DNA from: Candidatus Kapaibacterium sp.
GTDB lineage: Bacteria; Bacteroidota; Ignavibacteria; Kapaibacteriales; UBA2268
DNA: 64,000 bases
Assembly: GCA_963664875.1 (NCBI GenBank)
Contig: OY761611.1
Span: forward strand, 3,168,001 to 3,232,000
Direction of reading: 5' to 3'
The notes under the pieces are model-generated. The model was not told the DNA's origin, made no database searches, and saw only the letters and a program-made list of their open reading frames with translations. Positions 19,172 to 28,916 of the stretch are shown piece by piece. Position 1 is the stretch's first letter. Each line of letters starts with the position of its first letter. The translations under genes were made by a program, and so were the position numbers.

Positions 19172-20674
19172 ATGTTGGAAAATACTTTTAGCACTCCCGA
19201 AGAAAATTTTACAGATAATCCAACAGGAGCTGAAGAAGTTGCCCCTATGGAATATGAAGGGGAAGGTCATTTATACGTTGTTTCGACTCCTATTGGAAAC
19301 AGAAACGATATCTCACAGCGTGCAATTTCTACTCTCAAAAATGCCGACTTGGTTGTATGCGAAGAGATGAAATTAGGGGCTCGTTTGTTGCATCAGCTTA
19401 ATCTTCGCAATGAGTTAGATAATCTCAACGAGCAAAATGAAGAAATTAAAACATCTGAGCTTATTAGTATGCTCAAAGATGGAAAATCCCTGGCTCTTAT
19501 CTCTGATGCAGGCACTCCTGTATTTGCTGACCCCGGCTATATGCTTGTCAAGCGAGCTATTGAAAGCAAAATTGCAGTAACAGTAGTTCCGGGTGCTTCA
19601 AGTATTATGACTGCACTCGTCAGAAGCTCTTTCCCTATGAAATCTTTTCTTTTTGCAGGTTTTTTGTCGCGTACTCCTTCAGAAAGGTTGCACGAACTTA
19701 CTCTTCTTTCGGAAGAACCTCGCACTGTGTGCCTGCTTGAAACTCCTTACAGATTATTGCCGCTTCTCGAAGCAGCAGCGAGAGTAATGCCTAATAGGAA
19801 TGCTTATATTGGCTTTAATCTTACTATGCCTTTTGAGACTCATCACTATGGTACTTTCAAAGAGCTTTTTGAACATTTCTCTGAAAAAAGACTAAAAGCT
19901 GAATTTGTCATTTGCTTCGAAGGCGTAGATCCCGGAAGAGAAAGAAGAACTATTGAAAGATTTGTTCCTGCTGAAAATGCAGGTAGCGAAGAGTTCTTTG
20001 AAGATAATAACAGACAGGGGCGCTCTTTTGACAGAAGCGACAGAAAAAGAGATTCTAAATCTCGCGACAATAGAGGTAAAAACGACAGATTCGGCAAAGG
20101 CAGAGACGACCGAGACAACAGAGACAGAGGTGATAGATTCGGCAAAGGTAGAGATGACCGAGACAACAGAGACAGAGGTGATAGATTCGGCAAAGGCAGA
20201 GACGACCGAGACAACAGAGACAGAGGTGATAGATTCGGTAAAGGCAGAGACGACCGAGACAACAGAGACAGAGGCGACAGATTCGGCAAAGGTAGAGATG
20301 ACCGAGACAACAGAGACAGAGGCGATAGATTCGGCAAAGGCAGAGACGACCGAGATAACAGAGACAGAGGCGACAGATTCGGCAAAGGTAGAGATGACCG
20401 AGATAACAGAGACAGAGGTGATAGATTCGGCAAAGGCAGAGATGACCGAGACAACAGAGACAGAGGCGACAGATTCGGCAAAGGTAGAGATGACCGAGAC
20501 AAACGAGACAGATTTGGCAAAGGCAGAGACGATAAATTTGGAAAGAAAAAGGACAATTTTTCCTCAAGGTCTGATAAAAAAGGAAAATTTGGTGCAAAAC
20601 CTAAAGAAAAAAGAGAGTTGTACTCAAAAGACATAACTAAAGAAGTCTTGCAGGAATTCTCTCGTAGAAAATAG
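19172..20674 (+). CDS. rsmI: 16S rRNA C1402 2'-O-methyltransferase RsmI with long Arg/Asp-rich repeat tail
   Basis: LYVVSTPIGN, LISDAGTPVFADPG, VPGASS, FAGFL, ETPYRL; GAGG SD before the ATG at 19172. Confidence 0.9.
   Translation: MLENTFSTPEENFTDNPTGAEEVAPMEYEGEGHLYVVSTPIGNRNDISQRAISTLKNADLVVCEEMKLGARLLHQLNLRNELDNLNEQNEEIKTSELISMLKDGKSLALISDAGTPVFADPGYMLVKRAIESKIAVTVVPGASSIMTALVRSSFPMKSFLFAGFLSRTPSERLHELTLLSEEPRTVCLLETPYRLLPLLEAAARVMPNRNAYIGFNLTMPFETHHYGTFKELFEHFSEKRLKAEFVICFEGVDPGRERRTIERFVPAENAGSEEFFEDNNRQGRSFDRSDRKRDSKSRDNRGKNDRFGKGRDDRDNRDRGDRFGKGRDDRDNRDRGDRFGKGRDDRDNRDRGDRFGKGRDDRDNRDRGDRFGKGRDDRDNRDRGDRFGKGRDDRDNRDRGDRFGKGRDDRDNRDRGDRFGKGRDDRDNRDRGDRFGKGRDDRDKRDRFGKGRDDKFGKKKDNFSSRSDKKGKFGAKPKEKRELYSKDITKEVLQEFSRRK
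20087..20533 (+). repeat. Coding tandem repeat, 48-bp unit (RFGKGRDDRDNRDRGD), 8 full and 2 partial copies
   Basis: Units start at 20087, 20135, ... 20471; differences between full units are synonymous third-position changes. Confidence 0.95.
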
Positions 20675-20721
20675 TTTAATATTCGCAAATATAGATGTTT
20701 GGTAAATTGAGCAGGTGAAGT

Positions 20722-22359
20722 ATGGAAACTGCAAAAATAAGAGGCAATCTAATCGATATTATAGAAAAGCAAATTTATCCCGCAGAAATTACTATTTCTC
20801 AGGGCAAAATTAGCGAAATCAGACAGGTGGATGAAGCTCCCGAGGTATTTATTTTGCCCGGATTGATAGATTCTCATGTCCATATCGAAAGTTCCATGCT
20901 TACACCCGCTGAGTTTGCAAAAGCTGCTGTCAAATCCGGCACTATAGCTTGTGTTTCTGATCCTCACGAGATTGCAAACGTTTGTGGCAGATCCGGTGTC
21001 GAGTATATGATAGAGAGTGGGAAATCTGTTCCTTTCAAGTTCTATTTCGGTGCTCCTTCATGTGTTCCCGCTACAAATTTCGAATCTTCAGGTGCTAAAA
21101 TAGACATCGAAGACTTAAAATATTTATTTGAAAAATATAAGCTTAAGTATCTAAGCGAAATGATGAACTTCCCGGGTGTCGTTCATAATTTCCCTGATGT
21201 TATAGAAAAAATTGAACTTGCAAAAGCCTTTAGCAAGCCTATTGATGGTCATGCTCCCGGTTTAGCAGGCGAAGAACTAAAATCTTATGTCGCAGCCGGT
21301 ATTAGTACCGATCACGAATGTTTCACTTTGCGTGAAGCTGAAGAAAAGATAGCACTCGGCATGAAAGTTCTCATCAGAGAAGGCTCTGCTGCCAAAAACT
21401 TTGAAGCTCTACATATGCTAATCAGCAAACATCCGGATATGACTATGCTGTGTAGCGATGACAAACATCCTGACGATTTATGCAAAGGTCATATCAATAA
21501 ACTTATACTTAGAGCTTTGGCTTACGGGCATGACTTATTTGATATTTTGACAGTTGCCATTAAAAATCCGATAGAACATTATGGATTGGATTGTGGTATG
21601 CTGCGCTTAGGAGATCCGGCAGATTTTATTATAATCGACAGTCTTACAAAATTTGAAATACAAAGCACCTATATTGATGGTAAAGAAGTTTATTCTTCGG
21701 AGAGAGGTATTAGCTTCGAAGAATCCAATAAAATTCAGCCTATTAACAATTTTAATATTAGCCATATCTTGCCTGAAGACTTGCTTGTTCCTGCTTCGAG
21801 TAGTAAAATCAGAGTTATAGAGGCGATGGATGGTGAGCTGATAACAAACGAGATAATTTGCGAAGCCAAAATTGAAAACGATCTTTATGTTTCCGATCCT
21901 GAACAGGATATCTTAAAAATATGTGTGGTTAGCAGATACAAGCAATCTAAACCGGCATGTGCTTTTATCAGAGGTTTTGGTTTGAAGTATGGAGCAATAG
22001 CTTCAAGTGTCGGACATGATTCGCATAATATCTGTGCTGTCGGCACAAATGACAAAGATTTATTGAAAGCTATAAATACCGTGATTGATTCGAAAGGTGG
22101 AATGTCGCTTTGTCATAATGACAAATTGCTTGCTTTGTCCCTCCCCGTTGCCGGATTGATGAGCGATGAGCCGGCAAGGATATTAGGGCAAAGATATCAT
22201 GTGCTCAATCAGGAAGCAAAATCGCTCGGCAGTAATCTTAATGCACCATTTATGACTCTTTCCTTTATGGCTTTGTTGGTCATCCCAAGCTTAAAACTTA
22301 GCGATAAGGGATTGTTCGATGGCATAAATTTCAAATTTACCGGTTTATCAGTTGATTAG
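20722..22359 (+). CDS. ade: Adenine deaminase
   Basis: PGLIDSHVHIESSM, DPHEIANV, EMMNFPG, DGHAPG, TDHEC, REGSAAKN, HDSHN. Confidence 0.95.
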   Translation: METAKIRGNLIDIIEKQIYPAEITISQGKISEIRQVDEAPEVFILPGLIDSHVHIESSMLTPAEFAKAAVKSGTIACVSDPHEIANVCGRSGVEYMIESGKSVPFKFYFGAPSCVPATNFESSGAKIDIEDLKYLFEKYKLKYLSEMMNFPGVVHNFPDVIEKIELAKAFSKPIDGHAPGLAGEELKSYVAAGISTDHECFTLREAEEKIALGMKVLIREGSAAKNFEALHMLISKHPDMTMLCSDDKHPDDLCKGHINKLILRALAYGHDLFDILTVAIKNPIEHYGLDCGMLRLGDPADFIIIDSLTKFEIQSTYIDGKEVYSSERGISFEESNKIQPINNFNISHILPEDLLVPASSSKIRVIEAMDGELITNEIICEAKIENDLYVSDPEQDILKICVVSRYKQSKPACAFIRGFGLKYGAIASSVGHDSHNICAVGTNDKDLLKAINTVIDSKGGMSLCHNDKLLALSLPVAGLMSDEPARILGQRYHVLNQEAKSLGSNLNAPFMTLSFMALLVIPSLKLSDKGLFDGINFKFTGLSVD

Positions 22360-22450
22360 TGATAGTTCTACTTTTCCTTTGATACTTGGAATCCTCGTTT
22401 GGATTCAGTTTTTTTAACAAATATTGACTACAATACTTGCAGAAAGATAG

Positions 22451-23557
22451 ATGGAGATTGGCAATTACATATTTCCTGTGCCGCTCGGAGGATTTGGCGG
22501 TTTGGAAATGCAGATGGCAAAAAGAGCTAAAGATATTATCAACAAAGGTGGCAACTCCTTACTTATTACTCTTGAAAATTCCAGATTAGACAAATATGCA
22601 AAAGAGCTGGGAATCTCCACTGTACACGCAAAGCCAAAGCGAAAGTATTTTGATTTAGATTTGGCAAAAATTATAGCCTATAACTCTAAAAAAAATAATT
22701 GCAATAAGTGTATCGTTGGCACCACTGCCTTGCTATCCACTGCTGTCCTTGCCAATAAGCTATACGGTGCGGGTTTAGACATTTTCCTTTATCAGCAAAT
22801 GCAATCTGATATTAAAAAGAAGGACCTAGTACATAATTTTATCTATCGTAATATCAAGGGAGCTATCACTCTTACCGAGAAAATGAGAGGCGAGCTTCTC
22901 AAAAATACTATCATCAAAAGCCACAAAGTCAAAGCTATACCTTACGGGATAGAGATTGAAAAGTTTAATCCCAACAATCACATCAAATCCGAATGCAGAG
23001 CCATGTTCGGACTGCCTATTCACAAGTTCATCTTTGGTTACATAGCAAGGATAGAAGACCAAAAAGACCAAAAAACAGCTATCAAAGCTTTTGCCAAGTC
23101 AAAATTAGATGATGCTTTGCTTTGTCTTGCCGGCACTCCGGCTACTAAAGAATACCTCGCTGAACTTCAGCAGCTAATAACCGAGCACTCCTTAGAAGAT
23201 TCTGTAAAAATACTTGATTTCACACCTCATGTAGATAAGCTTATGAATGCATTTGATGTCTTTGTGATGTCGTCACAATCTGAAACATTCGGATTGGTCA
23301 ATGCAGAGGCTCTTGCATCAGGCTTGCCTGTACTTGCAACAGATAGCGGAGGAGTTCCTGAAATAATCAAGCACAATGAAAACGGACTTCTTTTTACCCA
23401 GAAAGATTACGAAACACTATCTCAGTATATGGCATTGATTTGCAGAAATGAAGAACTTATCCGAAAATTTTCGCAATCAGGTTTAGCTTATGCAAAGCAG
23501 CATTATGATTACGAAACCCAGACCTCAAAGTTCCTTGAATTTTGTGAGTCAATTTAA
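22451..23557 (+). CDS. GT4 family glycosyltransferase
   Basis: FGGLE, IPYGIE, ETFGLVNAEALASGLPVLATDSGGVPE. Confidence 0.9.
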   Translation: MEIGNYIFPVPLGGFGGLEMQMAKRAKDIINKGGNSLLITLENSRLDKYAKELGISTVHAKPKRKYFDLDLAKIIAYNSKKNNCNKCIVGTTALLSTAVLANKLYGAGLDIFLYQQMQSDIKKKDLVHNFIYRNIKGAITLTEKMRGELLKNTIIKSHKVKAIPYGIEIEKFNPNNHIKSECRAMFGLPIHKFIFGYIARIEDQKDQKTAIKAFAKSKLDDALLCLAGTPATKEYLAELQQLITEHSLEDSVKILDFTPHVDKLMNAFDVFVMSSQSETFGLVNAEALASGLPVLATDSGGVPEIIKHNENGLLFTQKDYETLSQYMALICRNEELIRKFSQSGLAYAKQHYDYETQTSKFLEFCESI

Positions 23558-23769
23558 ATTTTTTGTGTAGTAATCAGTCTTCTTCATTGTGATGCTACAA
23601 TGAACTTAATAATTTCATAGCCCATATCGTCCTATTTTAGAATTGGTTAGCAGTAACTCAAGGTACTGTTGATTAAAAATATTCACTTCTGCATAAATTT
23701 TACACACAATTCATATAAGTGAATCACGTCTGTGAATATGAACTTATAATTTGCGGGTAGAATCAAAGA

Positions 23770-25116
23770 TTGGCAAAAACATCTATGAATATGAATAAAT
23801 TGGACGACAAACATTTCGAGCAAAAGCTCTTCCTTTTAGTCAATATAGTAGCCTCTGTGTTTGCACTAATTGCTTTTATTGGTGATGTAATTATTCGTAC
23901 ACATACATGGACTGCAATAAACTCTCTGATTCCTCTGCTTACATTCTCTTTTTTGACTTATTTGACTAAAAAAGGAGTTAGCTATTCTAAGCTCATTTTC
24001 CCTTTTATCGTGGCTTCGGTATTCTCTGTTGCTTCTACATTTTTTCTATTTGGGGGGTACGAAGGAGGAGCAGTCCTAATTGCAATCTCGCTGATAATTG
24101 GTATCTCGATATTTAGCGACAGGAAACTTGTCCGTGGAACAGTCCTTTTTGTTATTTCTATGCTAAGTGTGCTGTTTTTCCTGCAAAAGTCGAATCCTGA
24201 TGTTGTCGTGGCTTATACCTCACCGGATGAGAGATTTTATGACTATTTGCTATCTTCTGTTTTCTCGTTGGCAATAGTTTCTATTTTTATTGATTTGATA
24301 GTCAATCGTTATAGAAATTACCAACAGGACATTCGTAAAGAACGAGAAACGGTTTTGGCTCAAAATGCAATTATTCAAAACAAAAATGATTCTCTCGCAG
24401 AACTGAACAAGACCAAAGACAAGTTTTTTTCAATTATTTCACATGACTTGAAAAATCCACTTTCTACTTTCAAAGACGGTCTGAAAATGCTTCGCCAGGA
24501 TGCTAATTTGTTAACGAAAGAGGACAGAGATGATATTATAAACACCTTGAGCCGCAATGCAGAGGTTACCTATGAATTACTTGAAAATTTGCTTGCATGG
24601 TCAAGAATTCAGACGGGTAGATTCCCTTATCATCCTGAAAAGTTTGTACTTAATGGGATTATTAGTTTCAATGTTAGCCTGATGGAATCGCATGCAAAAA
24701 GCAAAAATATCGAAATAGACTACAAATTGGACGACATATATAATGTTTTTGCGGATCAAAATATGATTTCTGCAGTTATTCGCAATTTGCTTTCTAATGC
24801 TGTCAAATATACTCCACTTGGAGGCAAAATCAGTATATACATCTACAAAGGTGTTCAGGAAACAAGACTCACCATAGAAGATAACGGCATTGGAATGACC
24901 GAAGAAAAAATAAACGAATTGTTTAAAATTGATAACACTTACTCTCAAAAAGGCACTAATGGTGAGTTTGGTACCGGCTTAGGGCTTATCTTGTGCAAAG
25001 AGTTTATAGAAAAGAATTCCGGCAAAATTGCTGTAAGAAGCCAAGCCGGGAAAGGTAGTGCTTTTACAATTACAATTCCTTCTGGTCCTCTCAAAATTGT
25101 CCCTATGCCTATATAA
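23770..25116 (+). CDS. Membrane sensor histidine kinase (multi-TM, HisKA and HATPase_c), no adjacent regulator
   Basis: About 6 TM helices; IISHDLKNP H-box; NLLSNAVKY, DNGIG and GTGLGL boxes. Confidence 0.92.
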   Translation: MAKTSMNMNKLDDKHFEQKLFLLVNIVASVFALIAFIGDVIIRTHTWTAINSLIPLLTFSFLTYLTKKGVSYSKLIFPFIVASVFSVASTFFLFGGYEGGAVLIAISLIIGISIFSDRKLVRGTVLFVISMLSVLFFLQKSNPDVVVAYTSPDERFYDYLLSSVFSLAIVSIFIDLIVNRYRNYQQDIRKERETVLAQNAIIQNKNDSLAELNKTKDKFFSIISHDLKNPLSTFKDGLKMLRQDANLLTKEDRDDIINTLSRNAEVTYELLENLLAWSRIQTGRFPYHPEKFVLNGIISFNVSLMESHAKSKNIEIDYKLDDIYNVFADQNMISAVIRNLLSNAVKYTPLGGKISIYIYKGVQETRLTIEDNGIGMTEEKINELFKIDNTYSQKGTNGEFGTGLGLILCKEFIEKNSGKIAVRSQAGKGSAFTITIPSGPLKIVPMPI

Positions 25117-25260
25117 TGTTTGCTTTATTGTTCTTATATTAGCAACTCCATTTTCTTTCCTCAAAATTCAATTCCTCAATTTTGCCTATATTTGTGCTTG
25201 TCTATAATAATTTTTGCTGTAATACGAGACAAAAGAAGTACATATAAAACAGAGGAGCAA

Positions 25261-26559
25261 ATGAAAACTAAAAATGTCAAAAATATTTCAGTCATTACTC
25301 TTGGCTGTGCTAAAAATGTTTATGATTCCGAGAAATTGATTGGTATGCTCGAAGGCAATAACCTAAAATATACTGAAGATATCAACAATACTGATGGTCT
25401 GATAATAAATACCTGTGGTTTCATCGAAGCCTCCAAACAAGAAAGTATTGATTATATCTTTCAGGCTTGCGAAATGAAAAAATCCGGCAAGTTACAGTCC
25501 TTGATTGTTATGGGATGCCTTGTAGAAAGATATAAAAAAGAATTGGCTTCTCAGATTGATGCTGTTGATCATTTTGTAGGGGTTAATTCTCAAGAACAAA
25601 TTGTCAAAATGCTGGTTGGAGACGAAAAATTTAGTTTGATCAATGAAAGAGTGCTATTGACTCCAAAGCATTCTGCATTTTTGAAAATATCAGAAGGATG
25701 TGACCATAAATGTGGTTTTTGTGCTATTCCGGGCATCAGAGGTAAACATATTTCACGCCCAATTGATGATATAATAGACGAAGCCAAAAAGCTGGTTGAT
25801 GGCGGTACAAAAGAAATAGTTGTTATTGCACAAGATACTACTTTCTATGGAAAAGATTTGTATGGAGAAAGAAGAATTGCAGAGCTTGCCGAAAAGCTGT
25901 CTGACATTAAGGGTTTGGATTGGGTAAGATTTATGTACGCTTACCCGACTGCCTATCCTCTTGAATTTTTAGATGTCATGGCATCAAGGGATAATATATG
26001 CAACTATGTTGATATACCTTTGCAGCATATTTCAGATTCTGTCCTCAAATCTATGCGACGTGGTATCACCGGCGACCGCATCAGAGAGCTAATAGATACT
26101 ATGCGTCATAAAGTGCCGGGCATCTCTATTCGTAGTACTTTTATCACAGGCTACCCGAATGAGACAGAAAAAGATTTCGAAGAGTTGCTTACATTCATTG
26201 AGGAATACAAATTAGATAGGGTAGGAGTCTTTACTTACTCGAGGGAGGATGGTACGCCTTCTTACGAGTTACTTGATCCTATCCCACCTAAAATAAAACA
26301 GGAAAGAGCTGAAAAATTAATGATATTGCAACAACAAATATCACTAAATATTAATGAATCAAAAATAGACTCTGTTCGTAAGGTATTAATAGACGAAATC
26401 AATGAAGATGGCTCGTACTTTGGTCGTACTGAGCACGATGCACCCGAAGTGGATAATGGTGTGATTTTCACATCTGACAAAAAACTAAACATTGGCGAAT
26501 TTGTCAGTGTTAAGATTACGCATGCTGAAGAATATGATTTATTTGGTACTACGGAGTAA
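25261..26559 (+). CDS. rimO: Ribosomal protein S12 methylthiotransferase RimO
   Basis: TLGCAKNVYDSE, INTCGFIE, EGCDHKCGFC radical SAM motif, TRAM domain (APEVD); GAGGAG SD before the ATG at 25261. Confidence 0.95.
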   Translation: MKTKNVKNISVITLGCAKNVYDSEKLIGMLEGNNLKYTEDINNTDGLIINTCGFIEASKQESIDYIFQACEMKKSGKLQSLIVMGCLVERYKKELASQIDAVDHFVGVNSQEQIVKMLVGDEKFSLINERVLLTPKHSAFLKISEGCDHKCGFCAIPGIRGKHISRPIDDIIDEAKKLVDGGTKEIVVIAQDTTFYGKDLYGERRIAELAEKLSDIKGLDWVRFMYAYPTAYPLEFLDVMASRDNICNYVDIPLQHISDSVLKSMRRGITGDRIRELIDTMRHKVPGISIRSTFITGYPNETEKDFEELLTFIEEYKLDRVGVFTYSREDGTPSYELLDPIPPKIKQERAEKLMILQQQISLNINESKIDSVRKVLIDEINEDGSYFGRTEHDAPEVDNGVIFTSDKKLNIGEFVSVKITHAEEYDLFGTTE

Positions 26560-26564
26560 TTATT

Positions 26565-27920
26565 ATGAATAAAATTCAGAGAACAATAAAAGACAGCAGA
26601 GTTGGCAATACCGCCGACAAAATTATTACTACATTCCAGAACTTTGCCCATAGCACATCTGCAGGTGGTATTGTCCTGATTTTGGTTACTGTGTTAGCTA
26701 TGATTTGGGCAAATAGTCCTTATGCTGACTCTTATTTTGCTTTATGGCATACACAATTTACCATAGGCTTCGAAGGCTTTGCTCTTTCCAAACATCTTAG
26801 CCATTGGATAAATGATGGGCTTATGGCAATCTTCTTTTTTGTGGTTGGTTTGGAAATCAAAAGAGAAATACTTGTAGGCGAATTGTCTTCAATTAAAAAA
26901 TCAATGCTTCCGCTTATGGGAGCTCTTGGTGGGATGGTAGTGCCTGCATTGATTTATTTTATGATAAATAGTGGCACTCCTGATTTGCGTGGTTGGGGTA
27001 TTCCGGTAGCAACTGACATTGCATTTGCACTTGGAGTTCTTGCCTTGCTCGGCGATAAAGTCCCGGTTAGTTTGAAAGTATTTCTTACTGCTCTGGCTAT
27101 TGTTGATGATATAGGTGCGGTTTTGATTATCGCAATATTCTATACAAGCGAAATATCAATGATGGCTCTATACTTCGCAGGAGGTTTCCTTGCTCTGCTT
27201 ATGATAATGAATTATTTTAATGTCCGACATACAGTAGTTTATTTTATTTTGGGCGTCGGTTTGTGGATTGCATTTTTGAAATCCGGTATTCACGCTACTA
27301 TCGGCGGTATTCTTTTAGCATTTACTATTCCGGCTGTAGGTAAGTATAATAAAGAAGAATTCTGCCAAAAAAGCAACAAATTCATTGAAAAGCTAAACAG
27401 TCTAAAAGAAAAACCCGAAGGTGAAGAGTCCATAGATTACAGATTTAATGTTATTCAAAATCTTGAATCATTGGCAGAAAAGACTCAGTCTCCTCTTCAT
27501 AGATTAGAGCACTTTTTACATCCTTACGTTACTTGGGCTATTATGCCAATATTTGCCCTTGCCAATGCCGGAGTAAGTTTAGAAGGATTTAGTTTAGCTT
27601 CTATTAGCAATCCGGTTTCTATGGGTGTAATAGGTGGTTTATTTGTTGGTAAGCAACTTGGCGTATTCCTGTTTGTAATGATTGCTGTAATGCTTGGGAT
27701 AGCAAGTTTGCCACAAGGTGTAAGCAAAAAGCAAATATATGCGGTCAGCATACTGACGGGTATTGGTTTTACAATGTCACTTTTTGTAAGCAATCTTGCC
27801 TTTGGCGCTAGCGAAAGCGGGGATTATGCAAAGATAGGAATACTAATTGCCTCTCTTTTAGCAGGTGTCGCAGGTTATATTATGCTAAAAATGACAAGCA
27901 AACAGGAGCAGACACAATAG
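26565..27920 (+). CDS. nhaA: Na+/H+ antiporter NhaA
   Basis: WINDGLMAIFF, GLEIKRE, GWGIPVATDIAF, LAIVDD, GIGFTMSLF. Confidence 0.96.
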   Translation: MNKIQRTIKDSRVGNTADKIITTFQNFAHSTSAGGIVLILVTVLAMIWANSPYADSYFALWHTQFTIGFEGFALSKHLSHWINDGLMAIFFFVVGLEIKREILVGELSSIKKSMLPLMGALGGMVVPALIYFMINSGTPDLRGWGIPVATDIAFALGVLALLGDKVPVSLKVFLTALAIVDDIGAVLIIAIFYTSEISMMALYFAGGFLALLMIMNYFNVRHTVVYFILGVGLWIAFLKSGIHATIGGILLAFTIPAVGKYNKEEFCQKSNKFIEKLNSLKEKPEGEESIDYRFNVIQNLESLAEKTQSPLHRLEHFLHPYVTWAIMPIFALANAGVSLEGFSLASISNPVSMGVIGGLFVGKQLGVFLFVMIAVMLGIASLPQGVSKKQIYAVSILTGIGFTMSLFVSNLAFGASESGDYAKIGILIASLLAGVAGYIMLKMTSKQEQTQ

Positions 27921-27941
27921 CTCCGATTCCAAAAATCAACC

Positions 27942-27986
27942 AAAGAGGTATCAAATATTTTTTACAAATGCGATACCTCTTTTTTT
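27942..27986 (+). terminator. Intrinsic terminator after nhaA
   Basis: AAAGAGGTATC...GATACCTCTTT followed by a T-run. Confidence 0.6.
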
Positions 27987-28375
27987 GTGTAATCACATTT
28001 TTTTCTGACCTGTAAGTATTTCGTCCTGATTTATAATTAGAACTCAAAAATACCTGTCCCGTCATTTATTTGTTAAAAATAATACTATTCGTAAATCTAA
28101 ACAAACTTACTTTTGGAACCATTGAACAAGGGAAAGGTTGCTGAGCTGAGAGTTTATGCCGAGCAGAGTCGAGGCAAAGCATAACCCCTTGCCAAGGAAC
28201 AAGATAACTACATAAATTGGTTTTCAAATGACATTTTCCATCTAACTAATTGCAAGAAAGTGGTTGTTAGAATGAAAGACAACGATATGAAGAAAATTTT
28301 TATTATTTAAACCATATTGTGTTTATTAGTTAAACGTTGCAGTCGAATAATAGAGGTCAGTATGAATATATTTTC

Positions 28376-28460
28376 AGCTTGAAAGGCTGATAGATAATAG
28401 CCCATGGCATCGCCATGGGACGGTTGCAAGCATTGAGTAAACAGAGCCCTGTAAGGGCGG
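28376..28460. repeat. Free-standing REP-like three-hairpin repeat, same family as the interior of MITE B/C
   Basis: CAGCTTGAAAGGCTG...TAGCCCATGGCATCGCCATGGG...AGAGCCCTGTAAGGGCG parallels 51011-51092. Confidence 0.7.
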
Positions 28461-28847
28461 CAAGACTTTCCTTTACAGGTGATATAAATAAGAGATTGGT
28501 GTTACTTTTTCCATTTCTTTTTCTTTTTTTTGCGATAAAAAAGCAAAAAAAACGGAAACCAAAGAAAAAGAAAAAAGAACGCTTCGTCTCCTCTCCTCAT
28601 AAAGTGTTTAAGCGTAAGATGCGTATCCAATTAAGGAATTACTGAAAACAAATGTCTATATTATGGAGTGCTGATGCAATATATAGGCAATACACGGACT
28701 ATTTACTATGATATCATATATATTTTTTCGACTAAATGATATTTATAAAGAAAAAAATAGACAAACAGTTAGCTTCTTTTTGCCACAAACGCAAGTTTGT
28801 ATTAGGGATTTGGGTTAAAGTTAACTTGCAACCAATTTTTACAAATA

Positions 28848-28895
28848 TAAAGAGCGATACCGATCTGCTTTTACACAGACCGATATCGCTCTTTA
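28848..28895 (-). terminator. Terminator-like hairpin after the 1946-aa gene
   Basis: TAAAGAGCGATAcCGaTCTG...CAGAcCGaTATCGCTCTTTA inverted repeat. Confidence 0.6.
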
Positions 28896-28916
28896 AGTCA
28901 CAAACAGAATTTTGCT

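Noticed and set aside
20087-20533. 48-bp periodic repeat as a CRISPR array
   Set aside because: No unique spacers, in frame within rsmI with synonymous variation, and no cas genes.
19846-20688. Long alternative-frame ORFs (19953-20636 +, 19846-20688 -, 20055-20597 -)
   Set aside because: Shadows of the stop-free tandem repeat; the synonymous pattern fits only the rsmI frame.
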